Shown: positions 22,420-32,160, counted from the first letter of the stretch. The stretch is DNA of 64,000 nucleotides from Candidatus Cloacimonadales bacterium (GCA_963674825.1 OY771587.1:640001-704000); one strand, 5' to 3'. The notes: generated from the letters alone by a model not told the origin. Numbers and translations: made by a program.

Positions 22420-23583
22420 TTGGATCAAACATACGCACTCTCCGGCGCGAGAATCTACACCGCTGAAACAGGCATCATCGATACGGGCGCGATCCTGATC
22501 GAGAACGGCCTGATCAAGGCGGTCGGAAGCGATATCGAGATCCCGGATGGCTTTGCGCGCTACGATCTTCGTGGAAAATGCGTCACGCCGGGATTTATTG
22601 ACTCCCACAGCCACATCGGCGTCTTCAACGAAGGTGCCGGCAGTGTAGGCCACGACGGCAACGACTACGGCGAACCCGTGCAGCCCATGTTGCGCGCGTT
22701 GGACGCCATTTATCCAGACGATCCCGCATTCGCCGACGCGCTGCAAAATGGCATCACCTCGCTGTGTATCACGCCCGGAAGCGGAAACGTTATCGGCGGC
22801 CAGATGGCCCTGATCAAGAACCGTGGTAACATCATCGAAGAGATGGTCGTGGATTCGTTCGTTGGCCTCAAATGCGCCTTCGGTGAGAATCCCAAGGTGC
22901 GCTACTCCGGTATGAACAAGATTCCCGGAACGCGCATGGGTATCGCCGCGATGGTGCGTAAGACTTTCATGAAAGCGATCCGCTATCAAGAGAAGAAACT
23001 CGCGAACACGGAGTCGTACTTCGAGATCAACCCGGATATGGAAGTGCTGCTGAAAGTGCTCTCGCGGGAAGTCCCGCTACGTGCGCATGCCCACCGCATG
23101 GACGACATCCAGACCGCGATCCGTATCGCGGAGGAATTCGACCTCAAGCTGGTGATCGAGCATTGCACGGAAGGCTGGACTATCGCCGATTTTCTCGCCC
23201 GAAAGCAAGTACCCATCATCATCGGACCGCTGAACAGCACACGAACCAAGGTCGAGCTGCGCAACAAATCGCTCGAATCACCACGTGTACTGGAAGAAGC
23301 CGGCGTCGAGTTCTCGATCATGACCGACGCTCCGGTGCAAAGAGTTGGAACTCTCTTCGACGATGTGCGTTTATCCGTACGAAATGGCCTCTCCGAAGAG
23401 ACCGCCCTACAAACGATAACCATCAGACCGGCGCGAATCCTTGGCTACGATCACCAGATCGGCAGCATTAAAGCAGGTAAACACGCCGATCTCAATATCT
23501 TCTCTGGCGATCCTTTCGATAGCCGGAATCGTATCGAGACCGTTATCATCAACGGTAAAATATTGTATGGAGCTATTCAATGA
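22420..23583 (+). CDS. Metal-dependent amidohydrolase (imidazolonepropionase-like superfamily)
   Basis: PGFIDSHSH, KCAFGENPK, AHAHR, IEHCTEG, MTDAP, GSIKAGKHAD. Confidence 0.88.
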   Translation: MDQTYALSGARIYTAETGIIDTGAILIENGLIKAVGSDIEIPDGFARYDLRGKCVTPGFIDSHSHIGVFNEGAGSVGHDGNDYGEPVQPMLRALDAIYPDDPAFADALQNGITSLCITPGSGNVIGGQMALIKNRGNIIEEMVVDSFVGLKCAFGENPKVRYSGMNKIPGTRMGIAAMVRKTFMKAIRYQEKKLANTESYFEINPDMEVLLKVLSREVPLRAHAHRMDDIQTAIRIAEEFDLKLVIEHCTEGWTIADFLARKQVPIIIGPLNSTRTKVELRNKSLESPRVLEEAGVEFSIMTDAPVQRVGTLFDDVRLSVRNGLSEETALQTITIRPARILGYDHQIGSIKAGKHADLNIFSGDPFDSRNRIETVIINGKILYGAIQ

Positions 23584-24923
23584 GTAAACTTATGACCAGC
23601 GTCTCCGGTGTTCGTGGCGTCTTCGGCGACACCCTCACCCCCGATATAGCGCTTCGCTACGCCGCACACTTCGGCATCCTTCAAGACCGCGGCAAGATCA
23701 TCATCGGTCGCGACTCCCGCCGTACCGGCCCCGCCATGCTGCATGCAGTGGTTTCGGGCCTGATGAGCGTAGGTTGCGAAGTGATCGACCTTGGCATCGT
23801 CCCCACCCCGACCGTCCTCCTGGCTGTCGAGGAGAGCGACGCATCCGGCGGTATCTGCATCACCGCGTCACACAACCCGGCACAGTGGAATGCAATGAAG
23901 TTCGTCGATTCGAACGGTCTGTTCCTATACCCCGAGAAAGCGCAAAAATTCCTCTCCATGATCGACACACCAATCTACTATGCCGAGTGGAATCACATGG
24001 GCTCGTTCAGCACGGACGACCAGGCTGTGCAACGGCACATCGATAAGATCCTCTCTGTGCCGTACGTAGATGTAGAAGCGATCCGCGAGAAAAACTTCTC
24101 CGTCGCGATGGACTGCGTTAATGGCGCTGGTGGCGTCATGGCCGTAGAGCTGCTCCAGCGGCTGAATTGCAAGGTACTTGAGCTCAACTGTGAGCAAACC
24201 GGTATCTTCGCGCATCCGCCCGAGCCGTTGAACGAAAACCTCTCGCAGATCGAAGACGCGGTGCGTATCGGACTGTGCGATATAGGCTTCGCTACCGATC
24301 CCGATGCGGACAGGCTTTCCATCATCAACGAAGACGGCGAGGCTATCGGCGAAGAATTCTCGCTGCTGCTGGCAGAATCGTTCATCCTTTCGCATAAAAA
24401 AGGCGACATTGTCACCAACCTCTCTTCCTCTATGGCTTCGGAAGACATCGCAGAGAAGAATGGCGTGAAGGTTCACCGAACCAAAGTCGGCGAGATCAAT
24501 GTCGGCAAGCTCATGAAAGAGATCCAGAGCCCGGTAGGCGGTGAAGGCAACGGAGGAATCATCTGTCCGGATGTGCATTACACCCGCGACGCCTTCATCG
24601 GTATGGCGCTGATCCTCTCCTATATGGCACAGACAGAGAAGAAGATTTCCGAGCTGGTCAGCGAAATCCCGCGCTACTACTTCGGTAAAATGAAGATCGA
24701 AGTCGCACCGGACATTCTCGACCCGATCATGCAGAAAGCCGAACGCATCTACGCGAACGAGAAGCTCGATCGCACCGACGGTCTCAAGATCATTGGGGAT
24801 AAATACTGGGTTCACATCCGCAAGTCGGGTACCGAACCCATCATCCGCGTCTATGCGGAAAGCGAATCGCCCGAGCGCTCCATCGAGATCTGCAAGACGA
24901 CGATCAAGGAATTGACTGAATAG
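23580..24923 (+). CDS. glmM: Phosphoglucosamine mutase / phosphohexomutase
   Basis: ITASHNP, TDPDADR, GGEGNGG, RKSGTEP; substrate specificity not certain. Confidence 0.8.
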   Translation: MSKLMTSVSGVRGVFGDTLTPDIALRYAAHFGILQDRGKIIIGRDSRRTGPAMLHAVVSGLMSVGCEVIDLGIVPTPTVLLAVEESDASGGICITASHNPAQWNAMKFVDSNGLFLYPEKAQKFLSMIDTPIYYAEWNHMGSFSTDDQAVQRHIDKILSVPYVDVEAIREKNFSVAMDCVNGAGGVMAVELLQRLNCKVLELNCEQTGIFAHPPEPLNENLSQIEDAVRIGLCDIGFATDPDADRLSIINEDGEAIGEEFSLLLAESFILSHKKGDIVTNLSSSMASEDIAEKNGVKVHRTKVGEINVGKLMKEIQSPVGGEGNGGIICPDVHYTRDAFIGMALILSYMAQTEKKISELVSEIPRYYFGKMKIEVAPDILDPIMQKAERIYANEKLDRTDGLKIIGDKYWVHIRKSGTEPIIRVYAESESPERSIEICKTTIKELTE

Positions 24924-24931
24924 ATTATAAG

Positions 24932-24969
24932 AACCCATTGCCCTCTCATTTCGAGGGGACAATGGGGTT
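24932..24969. terminator. Stem-loop between convergent genes (probable terminator)
   Basis: AACCCATTG-CCCTC...GAGGGG-ACAATGGGGTT inverted repeat. Confidence 0.55.
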
Positions 24970-25632
24970 ATTCTTGAATCACGTAGAATGTAGTAAAACG
25001 GAATTGAATACCAATACTTGCTTCGAGTATATCATCATGATTCGACCAGGACTCATCTACCGGTGAGAATTCCCGATCACAAACAACGATTCCACCCTTA
25101 ATCGTTAAATCGGCCGAACTCACCAATGTTCGACTCAATTTAACATTCCATCCGAGCAATATTCCGGCATTTATTCCACCTCTAATCATCCGATAATCAT
25201 ATTTTATAGGGTCTTCGTGTTCAAACTTTCTCAACCACGCTCTATCGGATGCATAGCCAGTTTCAAGGCCAACGCTGTATCCCAACCAGTTCCGATAACT
25301 TTTATCTGCACTTATCGTATATCCTCGTTGAACCTCAATTGAGACAATGTTAAAAGTAACTCGATCCAGATCATACAACCCATATCCATGTGTACTAGAG
25401 TATTTGTGGGTCAATTGTCCTGCGCTGAGTATAAAGCGCCGATTTCTGCTCTGGCGTAAGAGGTTCGTATCATACATACAACTCCCACTCCAGAAAAAAC
25501 CACTCATGTTTTGTGCACTCAGAACGCCATACTGCCCGGCTTCAAAACCGCCGCCCACGCCAAGCCCAACACCTTTTGCATATAGACTTATCCGGCGAAT
25601 AGCAATGTTAGGATGCAGAAAAATTTGTTCAT
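24968..25632 (-). pseudogene. Beta-barrel-like paralog 6, frameshifted in the signal peptide (or a sequencing error)
   Basis: ATG25632 overlaps the upstream stop (ATGA) and reads MNKFFCILTLLFAG*. One extra base near 25591 would join it to ISLYA-KGVGLGVGGGFE...YDTN..., which matches the paralogs. Confidence 0.7.
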
Positions 25633-26339
25633 TCTACCCACCTCTCCCACGGCGTGAAGACCGTGATTATTTCCAGCATGATCGTGTAGCCATGCGCTGA
25701 AAGATCGTCGCGGAAATAAATAAATCCATCGTCATTCGGCCAATCGACTTCAAACGCTCCGCGCTGCGTCGTGTAGAGAAACGAAAGCTCGGTTGTAAGC
25801 GCCAGGAATCGATACAGGCGGTAATTCATGGCATATACCGCGCCGATGGATGTTTCAACGATATCGAGATCCCATACAGCCGAGTCATCGTAGTTGCCGA
25901 AGCTGGTGTACTCGTATTCGTTGAACGAGGTAATCCCGTATTTGAACTTCGGTCCCGCCCAGAAGCGTATCTTTTTCGTGCGGTACAGCCCAACGCCGAA
26001 TGCTACCTCGAAGTGCATCTCGTTGGTCGTAAGCTTTGCATCCGAGCCATCCGGCAGAATCCCGCCGAAATCCCATTCATAGCGCATTTGCCCGATCTTG
26101 AATCGAGCGTTGGCAACCCGGTTCTTGAACATGTTGGTATCCAGGAAGTACTCGAATCCGGACTGCGTTGATGTATGGTCACGCAGCATGCTGTAATCCC
26201 GGTCCTGTCCCTGCTGGTAATAATCGATATCATGGTAGGCTTGCCCGAAGTTGTACCCGGCTTTGTATCCGATCCCCAGTCCGATCGCGAAAAGCGAGGA
26301 GCAAAAGCCCAGTGCGATGATCAGAAGTAGTCGTTTCAT
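25629..26339 (-). CDS. Exported beta-barrel-like protein, paralog 5
   Basis: Signal peptide LFA|IGLGIG; shared motifs LDTN, FGVG..R....RFWAGP, ALTTELS. Confidence 0.75.
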   Translation of the reverse strand: MKRLLLIIALGFCSSLFAIGLGIGYKAGYNFGQAYHDIDYYQQGQDRDYSMLRDHTSTQSGFEYFLDTNMFKNRVANARFKIGQMRYEWDFGGILPDGSDAKLTTNEMHFEVAFGVGLYRTKKIRFWAGPKFKYGITSFNEYEYTSFGNYDDSAVWDLDIVETSIGAVYAMNYRLYRFLALTTELSFLYTTQRGAFEVDWPNDDGFIYFRDDLSAHGYTIMLEIITVFTPWERWVE

Positions 26340-26349
26340 GTGCTTATCC

Positions 26350-27012
26350 TCACTCGAACATGGTGAACATCAGGCTGAACCTGAGCAGCAGGGTTGAACT
26401 GATGGTGAAATAGGAAACCGTATCGCTCGGCGATCCCGCGTCGGAGACATCCTCCAGATGGCGAACGCCGTGCATCGTCTGGCCATACCAGACCATCTCC
26501 GCATTCAAGGCAGACCACGCGCTCAGCAGATAAGTGTATCCCACCGAAATACCCATGCCCATGCCGTATGTATGCGACCACTGCCTGCGCGTGACATCCT
26601 GATCGTCATCCCGTATATACTCGCTTTTATCTCCGTTCTGATACTCGAGGAGGAGGGTCGGTCCTACCGATATGCAATTACGGTCTGCGGAAGATACCGG
26701 GAAATACAGCGTGTAAAAGAGCGAATACATATCGAATTGCTCTTCATCCAGTCCCTCGATATCAGACTCGTAAAACATGGTGCGGCGTCCCATTCCAAGC
26801 GCAAACCGGTGGTTGACTGCCGTTGTGTCTGTCACATTCGTATCGAAAATGACATCAGCATGCCATTTGGTTAGCGTGCTGTACCCGGTGAGCATGTAAA
26901 ATCCCTGCTCGTTGCCGATATCAAACGCACCACCGATACCAATCGCGGAAAGTCCTGAGGCGACTACAAGGAGCATGACCGGCAACCAGAGCTTCTTCAT
27001 GCGCGTCATCAT
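26350..27012 (-). CDS. Exported beta-barrel-like protein, paralog 4
   Basis: LSA|IGIGG; FDTN; VGP; GMGISVG; ALNAE. Confidence 0.75.
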   Translation of the reverse strand: MMTRMKKLWLPVMLLVVASGLSAIGIGGAFDIGNEQGFYMLTGYSTLTKWHADVIFDTNVTDTTAVNHRFALGMGRRTMFYESDIEGLDEEQFDMYSLFYTLYFPVSSADRNCISVGPTLLLEYQNGDKSEYIRDDDQDVTRRQWSHTYGMGMGISVGYTYLLSAWSALNAEMVWYGQTMHGVRHLEDVSDAGSPSDTVSYFTISSTLLLRFSLMFTMFE

Positions 27013-27599
27013 TTCTCCTCCTTTGTCTCGGAAGAAACGAAGATCGTGTAGAGCGAAAGCCTGATCATCGAGTCCATCGTATCCTCGAAATTGTATTCGT
27101 AGTCGTAACCCAATTCGAGAGAGATTGCGAAATTCGGCGTTATCATCACATTGCTACCAAGAGAAACGCCCACCCCGTAGAGTCCCACATCGTCATCGTC
27201 CTTGTAGTTGTGCGACTCCAGCGTCAACGAAGGTCCGGCCCAGAGCTTGAACTTCTCGCGCCTCAAGAATGCGAATCCCAGCGTCTGATTGAAGTGAAAG
27301 AAGTCGCTGCTCGATGCGAAACGATCATCGAAATTGACGTCACGTGAATAGTCGGTCTTCCCCACGCCAAACTTCATTCGATAAGCGAAAATTGTTTCCG
27401 GGCCAACGTGCGTATCAACCATCATGAATACGATGCGATGCTTGTTCATCGTGAATTGTCCCGGTTCGTCCTGCCCGACTCGATCTTTGGTCTCGTCACC
27501 CCAGCCAAAGCCGTACTCAGCGCCCATCCCGACGCCTACCGCGGATAGCTGGAGAAGTAGTGTAAACAGCAGTGCCATAAGCGATAATCGTTTCGACAC
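27009..27599 (-). CDS. Exported beta-barrel-like protein, paralog 3
   Basis: GTG start with GAGGAG RBS; LSA|VGVGMG; VDTH; LGF..R..KLWAGP; AISLE. Confidence 0.75.
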   Translation of the reverse strand: MSKRLSLMALLFTLLLQLSAVGVGMGAEYGFGWGDETKDRVGQDEPGQFTMNKHRIVFMMVDTHVGPETIFAYRMKFGVGKTDYSRDVNFDDRFASSSDFFHFNQTLGFAFLRREKFKLWAGPSLTLESHNYKDDDDVGLYGVGVSLGSNVMITPNFAISLELGYDYEYNFEDTMDSMIRLSLYTIFVSSETKEEK

Positions 27600-27701
27600 G
27601 TGGAGCCCTCCTCAGTGTTGAAATCAAGTTAACCCAATCTTAAACGTGAAATGAAAAGTTGTAAAGAGAAAAACCAATCGTCTATTCGTTAATAACACGC
27701 A

Positions 27702-28409
27702 TTATTGCTCGAACAGACAGAGCATCGGATATATTTTCAGCATGAATGTCGTGCTTCTGCCATCAAAGGTTGTTACATTCCAGTCGAAATTGCCGTACGC
27801 TCCGGATTCATCTTCGTACCAGTAGTTCATCTCGCCAACAGTGATGTCATAGATGATTGAGAGCTCTGTTGTGATCGCTATAAAAGGAAGCACTTTGAAG
27901 TTCGCGCCAAGCGTTGGACCGAATCCGAAATCGAGATACCAACTGTCACGGCTTTGCTCGAAATCAATGCCATCCTCGTTCTCGCCGGAATAGGATTCGT
28001 CGGAATATGCATATTGAACCGATATCGACGGCCCCATCCACAGCCGGAAATTGTCGTTGCGAACAATGCCGAAGCCAAATGAGTGTTCTGTAGAAAAAGT
28101 GTTGAATTCCTCATCCCTCAAACGACCCGCAAAGCCTTCGTCGTAATTGCGATCGATGGAGCCATAGGAAAACTTGATCCGGTAGTTGAACAGCGTAGGT
28201 TTACTTAAATTGGTATCCATGACAAATCCGAAGCGTTTGATCGACGAGTCGTAGGAGACCTCGCCGAGATCGTTACCGGTCTGGAAGCCCCAATCTGTGT
28301 CGTAATTGACGTGTCCGGTGTCCCAACCAAATTCGTTTCCCATGCCAATGCCAGAGGCCATCAGCGATCCGACCAGAAAAATCATTGCGCATAAAGAAGC
28401 AAACTTCAT
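27702..28409 (-). CDS. Exported beta-barrel-like protein, paralog 2
   Basis: ATG28409 in ATGA overlap; LMA|SGIGMGNEFG; MDTN; FNYR; EHSFGF; RLWMGP. Confidence 0.78.
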   Translation of the reverse strand: MKFASLCAMIFLVGSLMASGIGMGNEFGWDTGHVNYDTDWGFQTGNDLGEVSYDSSIKRFGFVMDTNLSKPTLFNYRIKFSYGSIDRNYDEGFAGRLRDEEFNTFSTEHSFGFGIVRNDNFRLWMGPSISVQYAYSDESYSGENEDGIDFEQSRDSWYLDFGFGPTLGANFKVLPFIAITTELSIIYDITVGEMNYWYEDESGAYGNFDWNVTTFDGRSTTFMLKIYPMLCLFEQ

Positions 28410-29116
28410 CTTCCCTCCCTGTAGCAAAGCATTGGATAGAATTTCAGCATGAATGTCGTGGTGTGGGCGTGAAAATCCATCCCCTCCCTTTCGTGTGTCT
28501 CATACGGTTCTGCATCATCGCGATAGTCGTAATGCAGCTTCCCGGAATTGTTCTCGTGCAATATGGAAAACTCGGCGCAAATCGCCAACCTGGGGAAAAT
28601 CCTGTAATTGAAACCAAGCGACGGGCCGATTCCCAAATTGAAATATGATGTCTCGCGCTCAAACCTGTAGGAGTCATTGTATTCGGTTCTTCCGGAATAG
28701 TTATTGTCGGAGAACCCTCCCTGTAAAAGAATCGTGGGACCTACCCACAGCCTGTATTTCTCTGTGCGTAGAATCTTGAATCCGAAGGTGTGTTCCGTTG
28801 AAAACAGGATGAAATCTTCGTCTCGCATGTCGTCCCAGAACATGTCCGAATAGCGTCGATGCAACGTTCCGTATTTCCACTTCATACGATAGTTGAACAG
28901 CGAAGTTTTATTGATGTTGGTATCCATCACAAACCCGACATTCCAACAATAGGATTCGAACGAGACATTGCGTCCATCGCCATGCAAGGAAACGCTTCCG
29001 TCCACGCTGTAATCCGCCTCACCAGTCTCCCAGCCAAACTCCTGTCCGAAACCGATGCCTCCAGCGCACAACGATCCTGCTATTAGGATAAGCAAGACGA
29101 CCAGACAAACCCTCAT
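28406..29116 (-). CDS. Exported beta-barrel-like protein, paralog 1
   Basis: LCA|GGIGFGQEFG; MDTN; FNYR; EHTFGF; RLWVGP; TTFMLKFYPMLC shared with paralog 2. Confidence 0.78.
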   Translation of the reverse strand: MRVCLVVLLILIAGSLCAGGIGFGQEFGWETGEADYSVDGSVSLHGDGRNVSFESYCWNVGFVMDTNINKTSLFNYRMKWKYGTLHRRYSDMFWDDMRDEDFILFSTEHTFGFKILRTEKYRLWVGPTILLQGGFSDNNYSGRTEYNDSYRFERETSYFNLGIGPSLGFNYRIFPRLAICAEFSILHENNSGKLHYDYRDDAEPYETHEREGMDFHAHTTTFMLKFYPMLCYREGR

Positions 29117-29178
29117 CTACCCTCCTGAAGTCCGTATTACAAAACCGTAGACTTCTGAAGGGATCTGTCAAGCTTTCG

Positions 29179-30765
29179 TTACTTCACCGGCTTCGCCTTC
29201 AACTGATTTCCCATCACGGTAACCACCATCTGACTGATTCGCCCATCTGTACGCTCGAATTCTACCGTAAAAGTATAGGGTGCTTTGACAAAGAAATGAT
29301 CCTTCGATTCGCACCGCAATCCAATAGACTGCCCGTGATCGAACAACCGCAACTCGTTATCGACCACTCGCAGCTCCATGTGGTCATCGGGCGTAATCTC
29401 ATATTCACCTGCGAATTCTGTGAGCTCATCTTCAGACAGCGTAATGAAGGGTTTCTCAGGGAATACCGGCTCGTTTTCGCGTGCTTCACGTGCTTCGCGG
29501 TACTGATGAAAGAGTGCATTACGCATTCTTGCGGGGACCTTCACACCTGCACCGACCTCATTCCAGGTTATGGCGTTATCGTACTTGCTGCGCGTTTTGT
29601 CGAGCTCAAGGTTGCTCCAGACGCACAGACTGCCATTCAGTACCGTACCATTACAGAGCACCCGGATTTCATCTTGATTCATCGCGGATCGATAGATACC
29701 CGCATTCGCGTACTTCGCACCAGAACCGGTGTCGAGATTGAACACCTGCGGTTGAAGCTGAGCTTCGATCGTCTTGACCAACTGATCATTGAGGTAAAAC
29801 TCAATCCTTCCATCCAGATAATACTGCGAGATCGTTACACGCAGTGGACCAGCCTCATTCTGCTGGGCAACATCGTCATATTTCTGGCCTTTCCATTCGA
29901 TACCCAAGCCGTCTTTGTCATACCGAACCATAAGCGTCCCTTCTACGCCCTCGATTCTTGCCTTTTGCACAGCTTTGTCTGCCATACAATCGAACGTAAA
30001 AGTAAAGCTGTGCATCATGGAAGTCGGGATGTAGGTAAATGCTTTCAGGTTATTACGATAGTCTTTACCCATCCTGGGATTCAACGCGGCTGTGTTTTGC
30101 GCCGGACTTGCCCGAAAGATACCCGGTTCTATCACGTAAAACATCTCCTCGTGACCAAGGTTCTCCGGGTGATCACCTTCGAAAGTGGTTCCTTCCGGGA
30201 ATTTTCCCTTTCCATCGTCCAGTGCACCAAGGAAGTTGATCGTCGGCACATCCCATTGCGCAACTTCGATGTTCATGGCCCGTACGGCGTTGTATTCCTC
30301 TTCGCCGAAACTGTCATTGGGATAGCACAGCCCTACGATAGGCTCGATCCCATTTTCGCGGCATAGCGCGATAATCTTCTTCAGTCCTTGGCGATAATGC
30401 GCCATAACCGAATCGACAGGCGCTCTTCCCAGGCCTTCGTTCGCCATCGCGAGTCCAATCAACGCGTAGTCGGGCTTCAGATCTATCAGGTCGGGTTGGA
30501 TTCTGCGCAGTGACGATTTCGTATTGTCGCCCGGCACACTGTTCACAATCACCTCATAATCGCTCATGGCGCGCTGCAAGCGGTAGGCGTAGCCATTTTG
30601 CATGTCGTAGCGTTCTTTATAACTCGTTACCCAGCCGGCTGCGACAGACGATCCGAAAACGACGATTTTCTTTTTCTCGCCGGCGTTCAATGCCGACCCA
30701 ATCATGGTCAATAGTATTGAGGTGGCAACGATACGAAGAAATGAAACTTTGAATCTCATATGCAT
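29179..30765 (-). CDS. Exported SGNH/GDSL hydrolase with LamG-like middle region and DUF3471-like C-terminus
   Basis: Signal peptide; VVFGSSVAAG, VPGDNT, ANEG, DHPENLGH; start moved to the ATG behind the AAGG RBS. Confidence 0.75.
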   Translation of the reverse strand: MHMRFKVSFLRIVATSILLTMIGSALNAGEKKKIVVFGSSVAAGWVTSYKERYDMQNGYAYRLQRAMSDYEVIVNSVPGDNTKSSLRRIQPDLIDLKPDYALIGLAMANEGLGRAPVDSVMAHYRQGLKKIIALCRENGIEPIVGLCYPNDSFGEEEYNAVRAMNIEVAQWDVPTINFLGALDDGKGKFPEGTTFEGDHPENLGHEEMFYVIEPGIFRASPAQNTAALNPRMGKDYRNNLKAFTYIPTSMMHSFTFTFDCMADKAVQKARIEGVEGTLMVRYDKDGLGIEWKGQKYDDVAQQNEAGPLRVTISQYYLDGRIEFYLNDQLVKTIEAQLQPQVFNLDTGSGAKYANAGIYRSAMNQDEIRVLCNGTVLNGSLCVWSNLELDKTRSKYDNAITWNEVGAGVKVPARMRNALFHQYREAREARENEPVFPEKPFITLSEDELTEFAGEYEITPDDHMELRVVDNELRLFDHGQSIGLRCESKDHFFVKAPYTFTVEFERTDGRISQMVVTVMGNQLKAKPVK

Positions 30766-30962
30766 ATCCTTTTTTCCTTTCTGTAATCGCAATTGCGGTA
30801 CCAATTAAATCGAGCAAAATCAAGCCGAATATCGCCATCTTGCATATCGTAATGATATGTTGATGCTCGATTCGATATTACCTCAGGTCAATGATTGAAT
30901 AAATCTTGACCATTAAACGCACTGTACCAGAAATAGCCCAAACACCATAAAGTGGAGGCATC

Positions 30963-31883
30963 ATGAAAGTATTAGTTGCAACCGAGAAACCTTTTGCTCC
31001 CGTAGCAGTTAACGGCATCCGCGAGATCGTGGAGAAAGCGGGATACGAACTTGTCTTACTCGAAAAGTACACCGACAAATCCGAGCTGCTCGAAGCGGTC
31101 AAGGATGTTGACGCGCTGATCATCCGCAGTGACAAGGTCACCGAAGAGGTTATCGGAGCGGCTCAGAACCTTAAGATCGTGGTTCGTGCAGGCGCTGGTT
31201 ACGACAACGTCGATCTCAAAGCCGCCACGGCGAAGAACGTCACCGTGATGAACACACCTGGACAGAACTCGAACGCCGTCGCCGAACTCGCGCTGGGCAT
31301 GATGGTTTACATGGCTCGCGGACAGTTTAACGGCAAGGCCGGTACCGAGCTCAAGGGTAAAAAGCTGGGCATCCACGCATACGGTCATGTCGGACTCAAC
31401 ATCGCCCGTATCGCACAGGGTTTCGGCATGGAAGTCTGCGCACTCGATCCGTTCGTTTCCGCAGAGAAAATGCAGAAAGATAACGTCACACCGATGAAAT
31501 CTGCCGAAGAAATGTACTCGTCCTGCGACTACATTTCCCTCAACCTTCCGCTCATCGAAGCCACGCGCGGCATGGTCAATTTCCAGCTCATGAGCATGAT
31601 GAAAGAAGGCGCATGCATCGTCAACACCGCCCGTAAGGAAGTGGTCGATGAAGAAAGCCTCAAAGAGATCATGGAAAAACGCAACGACCTCAAGTACGTC
31701 TCCGATGTCGCCCCAACCATCGCCGATGAACTCCTCGAGAATTACGGCGATCGCTGCTACTTCACACCTAAGAAGATGGGTGCGCAGACCCAGGAAGCAA
31801 ACATCAACGCAGGTCTCGCAGCCGCAAGCCAGATCGTCGGATTCCTCCAGAACGGAGACACGACTTTCAAGGTAAACAAATAG
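30963..31883 (+). CDS. serA: D-3-phosphoglycerate dehydrogenase-like 2-hydroxyacid dehydrogenase
   Basis: RAGAGYDNVD, NTPGQNSNAVAE, AYGHVG, NTAR, KKMGAQT (Lys-type). Confidence 0.82.
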   Translation: MKVLVATEKPFAPVAVNGIREIVEKAGYELVLLEKYTDKSELLEAVKDVDALIIRSDKVTEEVIGAAQNLKIVVRAGAGYDNVDLKAATAKNVTVMNTPGQNSNAVAELALGMMVYMARGQFNGKAGTELKGKKLGIHAYGHVGLNIARIAQGFGMEVCALDPFVSAEKMQKDNVTPMKSAEEMYSSCDYISLNLPLIEATRGMVNFQLMSMMKEGACIVNTARKEVVDEESLKEIMEKRNDLKYVSDVAPTIADELLENYGDRCYFTPKKMGAQTQEANINAGLAAASQIVGFLQNGDTTFKVNK

Positions 31884-31917
31884 CATTCGAAGCGAATAAC
31901 AACCTTTGCATACATCA

Positions 31918-31946
31918 AGGGGCTACCAACATGGTTGCCCCTCTTT
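31918..31946 (+). terminator. Putative intrinsic terminator after serA
   Basis: AGGGGCTACCA-ACA-TGGTTGCCCCT followed by CTTT. Confidence 0.55.
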
Positions 31947-31950
31947 GCAT

Positions 31951-32052
31951 GATGTCAGATTCGTTCAAGCCCGAGCAGCCGTGTTCATCCACTTCGAAGA
32001 CGTGGTGTTACACGGTGTCGCGAGGGATCGGGCGAATCTGCAACGTGACATC
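31951..32052 (+). ncRNA. Candidate structured RNA (long nested hairpin), unassigned
   Basis: Nested helices GATGT/ACATC, CAGATTCGTTC/GGGCGAATCTG, CCGTGT/ACACGG, CCAC/GTGG, apical CTTCGAAG. Confidence 0.3.
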
Positions 32053-32074
32053 CATTAGTAAATAGGGGTCTCTG

Positions 32075-32160
32075 CTCCTTCCTCTTTTTCCAAAGGGGAA
32101 GGTTGGGATGGGGTTTCTCCGCTCCCTCGCCCATTTATGGGAGAGGGCTGGGGAGAGGGT
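32075..32160. repeat. Two REP-like palindromic units
   Basis: CCTTCCTCTTT-TTCC-AAAGGGGAAGG-TTGGGATGGGG and CCCTCGCCCAT-TT-ATGGGAGAGGG-CTGGGGAGAGGG. Confidence 0.65.

Noticed and set aside
21685..22989. 434-aa antisense ORF over hutU/amidohydrolase (similarly 4604-5659, 23925-24962, 29296-30366, 60675-62027)
   Set aside because: Shadow ORFs opposite well-supported genes, explained by codon bias; no recognisable motifs
24968..29116. Barrel array as integron cassettes or DGR targets
   Set aside because: Genes overlap or abut without attC-like spacers; no integrase, reverse transcriptase or template repeat in the window
31951..32052. Possible SRP (4.5S) RNA or integron attC site
   Set aside because: The SRP domain IV motif and attC RYYYAAC/GTTRRRY ends were not found; kept only as an unassigned structure
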